Notes: generated from the letters alone by a model not told the origin. A stretch of 64,000 bases of DNA from Geosiphon pyriformis uo1 (GCA_016748015.1 JAAOMT010000664.1:997518-1061517), one strand, 5' to 3'; positions 27,499 through 42,269 are shown, counted from the first letter of the stretch. Numbers and translations: made by a program.

Positions 27499-29039
27499 AT
27501 GTCTAAATTTACTGAAACTCTTATCCATGACTTTAGCGAGCTATTGCAAAATTCGGATGAATATAATCTGATTATTGAAGCTGGAGAAAAACCCGAGCTC
27601 AAAAAGTTTCAAGCTCACTCTATTATTCTTCGTGCTCGCTCTCCTTATTTTCGACGAGCCTTGTCAAATGACTGGGCGAAAAAGAAGGAACATATGTTGA
27701 TTTTTAAGAAACCTAACATTGCAGCAAAAATATTTGAGATTATACTCGGGTAGAGCTATTTTATTGTTTTCTATAAATAATAGAAAAAAAACTAAATATC
27801 TTAAAATTTCTTATATTACTAATTTATAGATATATGTATACTGGCGTGGTTAATTTGAATAAAGAAAAAGGGGAGGATGTCCTGCAACTACTAATAGCTG
27901 CTGATGAGCTTGAACTTCTTGAGTTAATCAATCATGGCCAAGAGCATCTCATTAAAAATGAATCTAAATGGCTGCAAGAAAATGCTGTTAAAACCATGCA
28001 AACTATTTCTCGTCATGAACCTTTTGGAAAATTAAAGGAGCATTATTCCCAAATGGTTAAAAATAACCCACAGTTTATCTTTAAATCAAATGATTTCCTT
28101 TCGTTGGAAGAATCGGTCCTTGTATCCTTGCTTCAAAGGGAAGACCTTGAAATAGAGGAAATTGAATTGTGGCAATCTTTAATCAAATGGGGCATTGGAA
28201 ACACATCAAAAATTACTGAAAAGAAGTTAATGAGCTGGGGTGCAGAAGATTTCGCTGCCCTTGAGAAAACCATTCACAAATGCATTCCATTGATAAGATA
28301 TTATGACATCTCTGGGGATGACTATTTTGACCATATCGTACCATATAAAAAAGTTTTACCGAAGAACTTAAAAAAGGAAATTTGGGCATACCATCTTAAG
28401 ACTAAACCTCAACCACCAACTCATGTCCTTCCACCTCGAGCCCGTTTTGCTGAATCTGAGATCATAAACTCACGACAAATCAATATCATTTCTTCATGGA
28501 TCGATAAAAAGACTACAAAAAACTACAAATCTCCCTACACTTTCAAACTCCTCTATCGAGGCAGTCGTGATGGCTTCACAGTAAGCAGTTTTCGAAATCT
28601 ATGTTCCAATCAGTTTAAAACCGTTGTCGTAGCCAAGATAACCGGACCCGGAAATATTGTGGGAGGCTATAATCCCACATCTTGGGGTGGCAACCAACCA
28701 AATACAATTAATTATGACTATAGTTATAATTATAATTATAATTATAATTATAATCGTGAGCAATACTTGAGCGCACCCGAAGCATTTATTTTTAATTTTT
28801 GTGATGGGAAGAACCCTACCCTCGCAAAAGTTGCTCGTAGTACAAGTGGAAATCAAATAGGGTATTGTCAGAGTTATGGACCATATTTTTATAGTGATTT
28901 ATTCTTTGGCGATAATTGCAACACACAAAAATCATGCTGGCATCAGTTAACCTATTTCCAACCTGAAATTTTTGATACCACAGGTCGAGCTGCGTTTCAG
29001 GTTGATGAATTGGAAGTATTTCAGGTTATTGAAAAGTGA
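27499..29039 (+). CDS. BTB-BACK-TLDc protein
   Basis: Exon 1 27499-27749, GT-AG intron 27750-27829, exon 2 27830-29039. All motifs are intact; there is a (TATAAT)n YN repeat in the TLDc loop. Confidence 0.92.
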
Positions 29040-30920
29040 TTTTATTATAACTTGAGCTTTTAAAAATACCATAATACTCCTTTTTACTTTAAGTAAACTT
29101 TTAACCTGATAAGCTTTCTAATAGATAATTTTTATATGGCTTTGCTTCTATTGCTTCTATTTCTTCTATTGATAACATAAAATTATATCAGCTAGCAGTT
29201 AGGGGCCTTTTTAATTTTTTAAAATAACTAGTCTTTTAAGGCTAATATTTTTGGGTTAAATTAATTCCGAACATTCAGGATTTTTGTTCTTTATGTTTTA
29301 AATAATTGTTTTAATTTTATTTTAAAATTTGAATTTTATTATTTTAGCCTATGAAAAAATATATAAGTAACCCAGGAAGTTGCTTCATGTATTTAGAATA
29401 TCTTTTTCTTAAAAAGATTTTTAAGCTACATTGAAAAAAAATAAGTAGGCTTTTTATTATTTGCAGTCTTTTATTTGTTGCAATAATATTTTAATAATAA
29501 TCTTCAAGTTTAATAAACAAAAACTTATTAAACGCATTAAAAAGCAAATAAGAGGATTGAAGAAATAATTCTAAAATCAAATAATAAGAATTGAAAATTA
29601 AGCATATAGAATATTTTTGAGAAATCTATTTCAATTTTTTTATAATATATTTTGATTTTGCAAAAAAAAAGAATATTATAATAATATAATAAAACTAAGA
29701 AATAAAAATAATTATTTATCAAATCGTTAATATTATAGCTTATTCAATTTATTGAATAATAAAGCTTCTTTTAAACAAAATAAAAATTATTATTTAAATA
29801 ATAACAAATAATATTAATAATACGATTTTAAGTATTAAGATTTTATAAATAAACATAAAAACTATTATGAATTTTAAATTTTAATAAAAGTTTTAGCTAT
29901 AAGCTATTAATTTAATTTTTTAATCGTTTTAAAAGCTGCAAATCTTTAGAATTTAAATAGTAAATTTTATAATAAAAAGCAAACGTAATTACTCATTTGA
30001 GATTTGAAAAATTTTGTTGATTATTCTTTAATGCTTAAGTAATATATATTAACCTTTTGGAGTTATTTTTTTAGTTTTCAGCGTAAGATTAATTAATTAT
30101 AAAAAAAAATTTATATTTATTAAAAATAATAAGATCATTGCAAAAAATAGTGTTCATTTAATAATAAAAATTATTTTGATTTTAAGTTTTTTAAATCAAA
30201 TTGACAGTTTTTTATAAGTTTTTATTTAAATCATAAATGTGGTTTATGCGCGATCCACGTCTAATGTATGAGAATCGCGTCATGCGCAAAATAGTCTGCG
30301 GTTAGACTACATCGTCAGCAAAGAAATTTGATTATTACAAATGTGTGTTAATTGTTGTGATTTAAATAAAATTACTTTTAAATATTAACTGTAAATTTAA
30401 ATTTATTGTCAATTTCTAAACTAATATCAAAATTAATTTGTAAAAATTTTTAAAAAAAATATTTTGTGGTATTTTAATCTTTTATTAACATTTTTTGAAA
30501 TACCTGCATATTTTAATATTTTAGAATGTATAAAAATAGATTTAGATGATACTTTAAGAATTTTTTTCATCTATATATTATTAAATTGTTACATCTTTTG
30601 GTTTTTTCTCTTTTACAAATTTATGAAAAAAATTTGATTGTTGTTACAACATTTAAAAAACGGTATCATCATTTAAATAAAATAAAATAATTTTATATTG
30701 TATTTTATGATCACAAAACCTTGAATAATTTATCACTACTTAAGCATTGAATTTAACACAAGCTTTTCATCTTAATTATTATTAATTTTCTCCTTTAAAT
30801 TCTTTATAAATCTGAAATACAACAGAGAAAATATGATATGTTTTTATGATATTTTAATTACCAACAAGCAGTTTGAACTACAATACAAAGGAAAAATTTT
30901 ATATTTATAGGCATAATAAA

Positions 30921-32372
30921 TCACTTTTTGACTCCTTTTTCAATAACCTCAAATACTTCCAATTCATCAACCTGAAACGTAACCCGACATGTTATATCGA
31001 AAATTTCAGGTTGGATGTCAGCCAACTTATGCCAGTATGACTCTTGTGTATTGCAATTATCGCCAAAGAATAAATCATTATAAAAATATGGTCCATAACT
31101 CTAACAATATGCTATTTCATTTCCACTTGTACTACGAGTAATCTTTGCGAGGGCAGGATCCTTCCCGTCACCTAAATTAAAAATAAATGCTTCTGGCGCA
31201 CTCAGATATTGCTGATTATAGCCACAGTAGATGCTACCACATGATATGGGATTATAGCATCACACAATATTTCCGGGTCCGGTTATCTTGGCTACGACAA
31301 CGGTTTTAACCTGATTGGCACATAGATTTCGAAAACTGCTTACTGTAAAGCCATCAGGACTGCCTCGATAGAGGAGTTTGAAAGTGTAGGGAGATTTGTA
31401 GTTTTTTGTAGTCTTTTTATCGATCCATGAAGAAATGATATTGATATGTCGTGAGTTTATGATCTCAGATTCAGCAAAGCGGGCTCGAGGTGGAAGGATA
31501 TGAGTTGGTTGTTGAGGTTTAGTCTTAAAATGATATGCCCAGATTTCCTTCTTTAAGTTCTTCGGTAAAACTTTTTTATATCATGTATACCGGAGTGGTT
31601 AATTTGAATAAAGAAAAGGGGGCAAATGTATTGCAAATACTTATAGCTGCTGATGAGCTCGAACTTCTTGAGTTAATCAAGCATGGTCAAGAGCATATCA
31701 TTAAAAATGAATCTAAAGGCTGCAAGAAAATGCTGTTAAAACTATGGAAACAGTTTCTTGCCATGAACCTTTTGGAAAACTAAATGGGTATTACTTCCAA
31801 ATGGTTGGCAATATTATCTTTAACTCAAATGATTTCCTTTCTTTGGAAGAATCGATCCTTGCATCCTTGCTTCAGATGGAAGACCTTGAAATTGAGGAAG
31901 TTGAAGTGTGGCAATCTTTAATAAAATGGGGTATTGGAAACACATCAAAAATAATTGAAAAGGCGTTAGTAAACTGGGATGCAGAAGATTTTGCTGCCCT
32001 TGAGAAAACCATTCAAAAATGCATCCCTTTGATTAGATATTATGTCATCTCTGGGGATGACTATTTTGACCATATCATACTATCTTAAAATTAGTCTAAT
32101 AATTTAAAATAAGGTAACCTTACCTGATAATAATCTCAAATATTTTGCTGTAATATTTGGCTTCTTAAAAACTAACATATGATCCTTTTTTTTAGCCCAG
32201 TCATTTGACAATGCTCGTTGAAAATAAGGAGAACGAGCACGAATAATAGTAGGGGAGTTTGAAACTTTTTAAGTTCGGCTTTTTCGCCAGCTTCAATAGA
32301 CAGGTTATATTCATCGGAATGTTGCAATAGCTCGCTGAAGTCATGGATAAGAGTTTCGATAAATTTAGCCAT
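30921..32372 (-). pseudogene. BTB-BACK-TLDc pseudogene broken by an internal ~500-bp inversion
   Basis: Exon 1 is on minus (32372-32123, frameshifted). The 5' half of exon 2 is on the PLUS strand (31583-32080). The 3' half with TLDc is back on minus (31580-30921) and has an in-frame TAG. Confidence 0.88.
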
Positions 32373-32544
32373 TGAGAGTTATAAAAAGATGAAGAAATTT
32401 AAAAATTCTAACTATATAAAATGTTATATGTGAGTAATAACACAAGCTTAATGATCAATTAATCAATCATCTCAGCTGCAAGACAACGGTTTTCATGAAT
32501 CTTTAGCTTCAACTTATAAATACGTGTGATCAAATTTATACTGA

Positions 32545-35500
32545 TATTCTGTAAGCAATATTAAAAGATAGAATGTTTTAAATATTTAAACTAATTTAAT
32601 TCTGATAATTGTTAATAATTGTAATTTTTCCCACCTTTTATAAGATATTAACTGTAGAATATATTTGTTCATCTTCGACATATTGACATCACCCCAGATG
32701 TATAATTGAAATGTATATCAAGAAAGAATTCAATATCAATTTTGCGTTAAGCAGCAAAAAATATCAAACAAACTTTAAGTTTCTCAAACAATTGCTAATG
32801 AAACTTTTTAAAAACAAAAAATTCACAAGATTAAGATCTTTTTTAAGGAAAAATAAAAACATCCCATTATTTTTAACAAAATACACATTGTATAAACACA
32901 ACATTTTCAGATCTAATGTTCAGATATCATTGAAAATGTTATTTTAAAAATATAATCTATGAGTATTTTTTTTTTCAACTTAAGCAAATTAATTTTACTA
33001 CTCAAATACTAACAAAAAAACAGAGCTAAAAAAACATTTATCTTACAAACATTAAAAATTTAATTTTATAACATTTGTTTAATTTAAAAATATAAATACG
33101 ATAAATAAGTGTCATCAGAGTTGTAACTAATTGTATTTATATACAAACCATCTTAAGATCAAACCTCAATCACCAACGCATCTTCTTCCACTCAGAGTTT
33201 GTTTCGCCCAATCTCAGATTATAAAATCACCACATGTCAACATTAATAAAAAGACTGCTACAACGAATTACAAATCTTCCTACATCTTAAACCTTATATA
33301 TTGAGGCAGTTATGATAGCTTTACAGGAAACAGTTTTCGGAATATATTTGTCAACTATGTAAAGACTGTTGTCGTAGCCAAGATGCCTTACAAACTCTCA
33401 TTTTAATTAGATCAAAAAGAAAAAACGAGAAGTGTGATTATAAAAACTCTATGTAAACTAGCTGATAATGTATAAAAGTCACTTGAGCCGATCTTAGTAA
33501 TCATAGACTCGGAAAAAGAATTTAGTAAACTTTCAATCAATCTTCTCACTTAAAGAGATAAATTTCTTATTCAAAGTTAAGTGCCAAATTAATTAAATAA
33601 TTGGCTTAAATCTTTCATTTAGCAATATGAATTGATTTTTCTGAGTATTAAAAATAATAAAATTTTTGCGAACAAGATTTAAAATTGAAATTAAATTAAC
33701 AATTAAAAAAATTAAGTTTAAAAGCAAGAAAATTACGGTCAGTGAAAATTTAACAATAATATAAAAAATATATTATTAAATAATTTAACAAAAAAAACAA
33801 AGTTTCAGAAATATTATAAATAATAATAATAATAGCACAAGTTTATTAAACTTTGTTTATGAAAAATATATTATGATACACAATATTTATATTGATAATT
33901 TTATAGATTGCATTATGATATATTTCTCAAGTTATAAATAAATTTTTAAAGATAGAATTGGTATTTGTCTAAAACTTTATAATTTAATTTTTAATTATTG
34001 TTAATTGTTCATTAGTTATTAATTTTTAAAAAATAAATAACGATATTTACATAAATATAAATTATGATTTGTTTTTTTTAATAATTCGTAATGAAAAAAA
34101 CAAAATTAATCATTAAAATTATTAATTTAATTATTTTAATGAGTTTTTTTATTTAAAAAAGAAAAAATTAATAATAATAGCATTTTTTGTGATTTGATAC
34201 CAAAAATATTTTTACCACTTTAACGATATTTTAGTATTTGAAAAATAAAAATAAGAATTGAATATTCTTTTAGGAGTCTTTGAAAATTATTCTCGAAACT
34301 ATTTTTAAGAGGTTTTTCTATATTCACTATATCAACAATTAAAAAATTTTCTCAAAAATCTGGCATCATTAAGACCATGTTATAGTCCATAGTCTAGATT
34401 TAACCGGGAAAGTTAATGAATATGGCTAAGTCAATAAATACGGTAGTTTGAAATACTATGAATGGATTCGAAGAGAGCATTTGTCAAATATCAATGAAAT
34501 TGCTAGAGAAGGGTTCGGTATAATTTATAAAGTAATATGTGTTGATGGATGAATTGATAAATATAAGATGTAATGCTGAAATAGAATATAAAAGAAGAAA
34601 AACTAAATTTTAAGGGAAAAAAGTGGGAAGTAGTAATAAAAATTATAAAAACGAATAGCTTAGAAGTATATAAAGAGGTAAACAAAGTATTATTATTATA
34701 TTTATATTTAATTCATATTTATCCTATCATTTATTTACTATTTATTTTTTACACTGTCAATAGTTAATAAATCCCCCTCAGGTTCAAAGTTTAGCTTCTT
34801 ATATAATATTTCTTCAATATATGGATTACGCAAAATACTGAAACACTCGAGTATTGAATTGTGATAGAGTTTGCCAAACAAACGAAAATATTTATCAAAA
34901 AATTTTATTCTACGAGTTGGTTTAATAAATTAGAAATCGTGTGGATAATAGCTTCTGGGCTTTTACAAATTCATTCTTCTTATTTCTTCATCGTGAACTA
35001 AACTCGAGCAACATCCTACAATTAAATGCTAATGGTATAAATTTTGGAGACCTTTGATTATGTCAACTAGTAAACAATGAAACAAGATCAGAAACAACAG
35101 CAACAACAGGAAAAGACGCGAAAGAAAAAAAGATATATGGAGTGATTCCATACATTCACCCAGAAGTTTTAACAGGAGAAAATTTTACAATGACTGGTAA
35201 TATTTATAGTTTTGGCATGTTATTATGGGGAATTAGCAACAGGAAAGCTTCCTTTTCATGATCGTTCTCATGACCACCTTCTTATAATGGCTATTTTAAA
35301 TGGTCACAATATTACCTCCCCACTTATTCCACTCTGTATTGCCGAAATGTTTGAGGAACTTCAAAAGGTGTATGACACGAAGCCTACAAGAGATTCTCCA
35401 ACTAGGAGGGCAAAAGGGAAACAATTTTTCGAATCAGATAAACACGCAAAAGAAATGTTGAAAAAAGACTCAACAACAAATCATTCAACAACTACAGCGA

Positions 35501-35560
35501 TTACTCAATCATCCAGGAGCAGCTTATACAAGTGGTTTTTTAAGTTTGCAAATGATTGAT
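32545..35560 (+). repeat. Segmental duplication unit, copy A (copy B at ~53235-56200)
   Basis: Near-identical non-coding sequence, TLDc fragment and kinase pseudogene in the same order and orientation. Confidence 0.9.
33145..33384 (+). pseudogene. Orphan fragment of a BTB-BACK-TLDc gene (linker plus start of TLDc)
   Basis: HLKIKPQSPTHLLP..., NYKSSYILNLIY*GSYDSFTGNSFR...KTVVVAK. Confidence 0.8.
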
Positions 35561-35740
35561 AGCTTATATATTGATTAATTATTTGATTTAATTATTACAC
35601 AGCATATTAAAAATTTAGTTTACTATTTTAAAAGAATTTGTGTTTCTCCCTAAAGGTAAGAAGTTGAAAAAAGGTTGAATATAATTTATTGTTATTCTAT
35701 TGTTTGAACACTTATTTTTTTTAGATTAAATGACTCTTAA
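34430..35740 (+). pseudogene. TKL kinase pseudogene, 5'-truncated
   Basis: KYGSLKYYEWI..LSNINEIA.EGFG, EVVIK, same intron position as the intact copy, YGVIPYIHPE. Many stops and frameshifts; the mini-exon and GACTCTTAA end are retained. Confidence 0.85.
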
Positions 35741-37150
35741 TAAATATTATAATGAGATTAAATTATTAGTTTAATAAGTGATAGACTGTATCTTAAATTA
35801 CGTTTATTATATTAAACTGAATAGTTTTATTAATTTATTTAATTCATTAAAAAGGGTATCCTCTTTCTACTTCCTTTTCCCACTCTTTCCTCTTGAATTG
35901 GTTTTTTTTTATCATATTTTCTTTCCCTTGATTAAACATGTTTAACTATGAATGATTTAAGTTGCTATAGTACACAAAGATGCCAAACAAGTTTTCCATT
36001 GTGTCATTGACTTTTTGCCTAAACGAGTAGTTTGATAACTATTATAACAAAGAATTTAACATTTTAATATATTTAATTCAAACCTGTTTTTTCTGTTAAA
36101 CCTAAATTTAATATTGAGTTTTCGCTCTTAATTGCGAAATATTAAAAGCACCTTAAATACAAATTATTATAATTTTTTAAATAAATATTCTTTTCTAATG
36201 CTAAAATTCTATGGTTTAAATTAATTGCGAATAAGAGGTTTTTTAATTTTTTTTATGTTAAACATGGTTTATATAATTATTTTACTCATTTAAATTTGAT
36301 ATTTGGATGATTCAAAATGAATATTTTTATTAGTTAAAAATATTACAAATTCTTGTTTTTATCTATATTGTAATTAATTTGGCGCTATTTTATTTGCTTT
36401 TTGCTCTATCAAAAACTTAAAATTCATACAAAAAGCAAAAGTCCTTGTACTTTGAATTTTACTAATTATATGTAGAGCAAGTTTTAAATCTAAAATTCCA
36501 AGTTTTTCCTTAACATATTAATTATGTTAAATAAAATGTATCTGCTGAAATTACCTTTTTTTATTAATTCTCAAAATTATATTTTTTTTCTTGCAATAAT
36601 TGTTTTCGAATCATTTTTAGCCCAGAGTTATTAGCTTATCTTTTTTTGATTTTTATTTAAGGCATAAATGAAACTAAACTGCTTAATTTGGCAATGTTTT
36701 CTGGAAATTTAACATAATATGAAACACCTTGATAAATTTTTTTATAGTTTATAAATGCGCAAAGCTTATTGCATATAGGATTTTCCCACTATGTTCTTTA
36801 GATTATTTGTTTATCTTCATAAATTTTTTACTTTCATTTAAATGTTAGTAAATGAGCATTCTATCTTTTCATTGTTTGAAACAATTAGTTTCTATTTTTA
36901 AACTGTGACTATTAGATTTGTAAATGTTTTAAATAGATTTAATAAAAATACATAGTTTATATTAAAATTAGTTGTGAATTTCTGAATTTCATAAGTTATG
37001 TACAATTCTGCCAATTAAGACATGAGTAAAATATATGTACTCACTTAATTGGTTATCATGTTTCTTTTGATCAAAAATGTTTTTTTTAAAAAAATCTCAA
37101 ATTTTACAAAAAATGGACAAATGTTAAAAACGCTTCTCTTTTACAATTTT
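35740..37150 (+). repeat. Kinase 3'-flank/spacer repeat, also at ~42270-43700, ~45910-47045 and partly at 13400-13890
   Basis: Shared colinear blocks such as AAAAGGGTATCC, GTACACAAAGACGCCAAACAAG, CTAATGCTAAAATTCTATGG and AAATGAGCA..CTATCTTTT. Confidence 0.85.
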
Positions 37151-39225
37151 ATGTTTACAACTAGAGTAAAAAGTCCCATTTTTGGCTTTAAGTAAAAGTA
37201 TTTTTCTACTCAAAGTTTTTTTAAAGCAACACACTAACAGTTTTAGTATAATTATTACTACTTTAAAAAGCCCTAAATTTTTCAACCACAACCAATAGTT
37301 AAATTGCTATTTTCTATTGCCAATTTTTTTTTGCTATCTAAATTGTTAGAAAAACCAAATCAGTTAAAAAGCAAATTCTTTTTAAGAACATACTAAAAAA
37401 CAGTGTTTTTTTGGTTTACTTAAGGCATTTCTTAAAAACTAAAGCTTATTTCTTCTCTGGTAAAAAATAAAACATTAACTTTTTTTAGTTTCTTTAATGT
37501 ATTACCAATTCAATAATATTTGTGCTAATTATAATACTTGATTCTGTTTTGGCTATAAAAAAAGATTTTCTTATTTTAAAAAATAATAATAATAACATAT
37601 TTGTTAAATTTGGTTTAAATTAATATTTAGATGTATTGTTTAATATAATAATTTTTGGTCAATTATTATTACTAGTTTAAAAAAACAAGTTATGTTTTAA
37701 TATATAACTTTTTTTTGATTTTATTATTACAATAACTAATTAAAATTAATAAATAAAAACTTAAGCTTATTTTTGTTGTTATTTTTAAGATTGCAAAATC
37801 TTTTGTGGTTTTCTAGTTTCTGTTTTTTTTTGTTATAGCTTTTAGTAATATTTTTTTGGATGTTTTTGCTAATTATATTAAAATACATTTGGAATTTTGG
37901 TAAAATCTTTAATATTAAATTAAAGTTTTTTAGTTTAATGCAGTTTTTGCTTGTTGGTCAATTTTGATAAAAAACAATATTAAAAAACTTTTTTTTATTA
38001 ACCAAAAAAAGATTATTTTTAAATTTAAAAAAATTCTTAATGCTGTTATTATTAAAATTAATATTTTTTTAAAAAAATTCTATTGGATAAAAAAACTTTT
38101 AGTTGTTAATACTATTATAAATATTAGAGCTTAAAGTATTTAATTACTAATTATATAACTGTTTTTTGGTGCATCCAAAATTAATTTATTAATTAATGTA
38201 TTAATTAGATGATTTAATTTAAGACTGTTGTTTTCTTAATTTTGTATAATTTTAATTTTTTTAGTATTATTAGCAATAAGATATATAAATATAAAGTTGT
38301 AAAATTTGTTTAATTCTAAATAAAAATTTGAATTTTTGGTAATTTGTGTTATTTTTTTATTTTTTTAAAGTGTATTTTTAACTTAATTACTAATTTACTC
38401 AAAATTTATAATTAATTTAAGAACAAATATAAAACTTGTATTATAAATATTTGTGGTTTTAAAGATTTTTTATCAATTATAATTAATTATGCTAAATTGT
38501 ATTAAATGTAAACTAAATAAAATAAAATAAAATTTTACAAAAAAAGCACAAAAAAATATATTAATAAATATACTTATAATAAAAAAGTATATTTAAATTA
38601 CTTTAATAAAATAAAAGTATTTAGTAGATAATTATTTATTAATATTTTAACAATATATGGTTTTAATAAAATTATCAAAGAATATTTAAAAAACAATATA
38701 TTATTAATACACCAAAATACAAAGCATTAAAAAATATATTATTCAAAAATAAAATTTTGCATTGCCAAGATTTTCAATATGAATAAACAATAAAAACAAA
38801 TTAACACGTTTAATAATTAAATAAAAATTTGATATATATAAAAAAGTTAGAATGTTTCAAAATATCTTTTTGCAAATTCAAAAAAATATTATAAAATATA
38901 GAAATTCATTGTAATAACAAATAGTCTAGTTACTTATTTGTTTTATGTGGCTTTAGGATAAATGTAACAATTTTTTAGGTAATTTGTAAAATTTTCTCCC
39001 AAGTCATTTACATTTTAAATTGGTAAAATAATTATTTAAAACATATGAACATAAATTAAGAAAAAATTCAAATGGCTTTTAATGCTACCTGATGTAATTT
39101 TCTGATATAAATACAAAGCAAAGCCATGTAAAAATTATATATTAGAAAAGCTTTTTAGGTTAAAATACTTAATTAACAATAATATAAAGTAAAAATGAGA
39201 ATTATTGTATTTCTAAAAACTCTAG

Positions 39226-40751
39226 TTATAATAAAATAACTGTTGAAATGACTTGAAATACTTCCAATTCATCAACCTGAAACATAATTCGAGTTTCGGT
39301 ATCAAAAATTTCAGGTTTGAAGTAGGTTAACTGATGCCAGCATGAGTTTTGGGTGTTACAATTATCGCCAAAGAATAAATCCATATAAAAATATGGTCCA
39401 TAACTCTGACGATATCCTATTTGATTTCCACTTGTGCTACGAGCAACCTTTGCGAGGGCAGGATTCTTCCCGTCACCTAAATTAAAAATAAATGCTTCTG
39501 GCGCATTCAAACATTGCTCAAGATGACTATGACGAAAGTGGTTGCCACCCCAAGATGTGGGATTATAGCCTCCGATAATATTTCCAATACCGGTTATCTT
39601 AGCTACGACAACGGTTTTAGACTGATTACCACATAGATTTCGAAAACTGTTTGCTGTAAAGCCATCACGACTGCCTCGATATATAAGGTTTAAGGTGTAG
39701 GGAGTTTTGTAATTCATTGTAGCAGCTTTTTTATCAATCCATGAAGAGATGATATTGACATGTCGTGATTTTAGGATTTGAGATTCGGTAAAACGAGCTC
39801 TGGGTGGAAGAGTATCAAGCGGTAGTTGAGGTATAGACATAAGATGGTATGCCCAGATTTCCTTCCTCACGCTCTTTGGTATAACCTTTTTATATGGTAT
39901 GAAATAGTTAAAATAGTCATCCCCAGAGATGTCATAATATCTGATCAACGGGATGCATTTGTGAATGGTTTTCTCAAGGGCAGCAAAATCTTCTGCATCC
40001 CAGTTTACTAACTCCTTTTCGATTATTTTTGTTGTGTTTCCAATACCCCATTTGATTAAAGATCGCCACACTTCAACTTCCTCCATTTCAAGGTCTTCCA
40101 TCTGAAGCAAGGATACAAGGACCGATTCTTCCAAAGAAAGGAAATCATTTGAGTTAAAGATAATATCTGGGTTACTGCCAACCATTTGGAAGTAATGCTC
40201 CTTTAGTTTTTCAAAAGGTTCATGGCGGAAAACTATTCCCATAGTTTTAACAGCATTTTCTTGCAGCCATTTAGATTCATTTTTAATGAGATGCTCTTGA
40301 CCATGATTGATTAACTCAAGAAGTTCGAGCTCATCAGCAGCTATAAGTATTTGTAATACATCCGTCCCCTTTTCTGTATTCAAATTAACCACTCCGGTAT
40401 ACATATATCTACAAATGGTATTATAGATTAAAGATATTTAGTTTTTATGTATATTTCTTTATATCATATAATTATTAGGAAGAAAATAAAGTAATCGAAC
40501 CTAAGAATGATTTCAAATATTTTTGCTGTAATATTAGGCTTCTTAAAAATCAACATTTGATCCTTTTTTTCAGCCCAGTCATTTGACAATGCTCGCCGAA
40601 AATAAGGACAACGAGCACGAAGAATATTAGAGTGAGCTTGAAACTTTATAAGGTCAGCTTCTTCGCCAGCTTCAATAATCAGATTATATTCATCGGAATG
40701 TTGCAATAGCTCGCTAAAGTCATGGATAAGGGTTTTGGTAAAATTTGCCAT
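39226..40751 (-). CDS. BTB-BACK-TLDc protein
   Basis: Exon 1 40751-40501, GT-AG intron 40500-40409, exon 2 40408-39226; intact. Confidence 0.92.
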
Positions 40752-41163
40752 TTGAGAGTCAATACAAGAAGGTAAAGAGACGTAGAAACTTTGATGATTT
40801 ATCTTTAACTCATCAATGCATGTGTTGTAGATATGATCTTTTCGCCAGCGGATTTATATTGATACTCTGTTAAACGTAAAGATAATTGGTTAACAAAAGT
40901 TATATAAGCAATAACAATAGGGTTTTTTTCACGTTTCATAAGAAGCCTTAAATAGTTTTATTATTACTCGTTTAGGCAACGATAATAATGGGAAACTTGT
41001 TTGGCGTCTTTCTTTGTGTACCATACTATTTAAACCGATGTACTATGATTTGTAGTAACGACATTTGCTTTAAAAAATGACTTTCTAAACGTACTATCAA
41101 ATAAAGCCACTAAAAGAAAACCTCGATTTTATCAACATTAGAATAATATTCTTCATTCACACC

Positions 41164-42269
41164 ATGAAAAACAAAGAAATTAAAAGAACTCTTCCAGAGG
41201 CTCATGATTGTAACCAGTGTGAAGTGCGTCAATGAAGCATTCAAAACAATAATCATAATGAATGTAGAGCATGCTAGTTCTTATTTCTTGAAAAACTTTA
41301 CCGCGACTTTTCAAGCGGCAATAAAGTAGTTGATGAAATAATTAAGAATCCATTATTCTTGGATTCTATGGGAGCGTTTGTCGAATATCAACGAAATTGC
41401 TTCGGTTTAATTTATAGAGCAACCCTAATTGATGGATTAATTAATCCATATAGTATAAAACATCATGATGAAATGGGATATGAAAGAAAAGAAAGTACAA
41501 AAGGGTGGGATGTAGCAATAAAAATTATGCCAACGAACAGTTCAGAAGTGTTTAAAGAGGTAAACAAAGTATTATTATTTATATTTGTATTTAATTCATA
41601 TTTATTATTTATTCATATTATCTATTTGCTTTAATTTATTATTTATTATTTATTCATAATATCTATTTGCTCAATTTATTATTTTTTACACTATGTTCAT
41701 AGTTAAATATTCAAAGAGCTATGTTTATTAATCACGGTAAGAAGTTATTTAATGTTTGTGAACATGATCCTATTTTTATAATGGCTATTTTAAATGGTCA
41801 AAGACCTAAGATTACCTCCCCACTTATTCCACTCTGTATTGCCGAAATGATTGTAAAGTGTTAGGATTTTAATCCTACTGCCAATGAAGTTTACGAGATT
41901 GTGGAGGAACTTCAAAAGGTGTGTGACACGAAGTCTACAAGAGAATCTGCAATTAGGAAGGGAAAAAGGAAACAGTTTTTCGAATTAGATAAACACATAA
42001 AAGAAATGTTGAAAAAAGACTCGACAACAAATCATTCAACAACTACAACAATAACTCGGTTAGTTTATCTAATTTAATAGTTTTTATATTTATTAATTTT
42101 TTGATTTAATCATTATGCAGTATATTAAAAGTTTACTTTAATTTACTTTACTATTTTAAAAGAATTTGTGTTTCTTCCTAAAGGTAAGAAGTTAAAAAAA
42201 GTTTGGATGTAAATTTATCGATATGTTATTTTTTAACACTTGTTTATTTTTACATTTGATGACTCTTAA
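41164..42269 (+). pseudogene. TKL kinase pseudogene with the catalytic core deleted
   Basis: MKNKEIKRTLPEAHDCNQCEVRQ* with stops, DVAIKIM, intron. After MFINHG the sequence jumps straight to IMAILNGQRPKITSPL, so the HRD-DLG-PE region is missing. Confidence 0.85.

Noticed and set aside
32711-32947. Lys-rich ORF conserved at 53440-53643
   Set aside because: The conservation is explained by recent segmental duplication of AT-rich DNA; no domain or splice support.
33145-33384. TLDc fragments as DGR-like template repeats for the variable loop
   Set aside because: The fragments end before the variable loop, no reverse transcriptase is in the window, and the variation is indel/repeat-based rather than adenine-specific.
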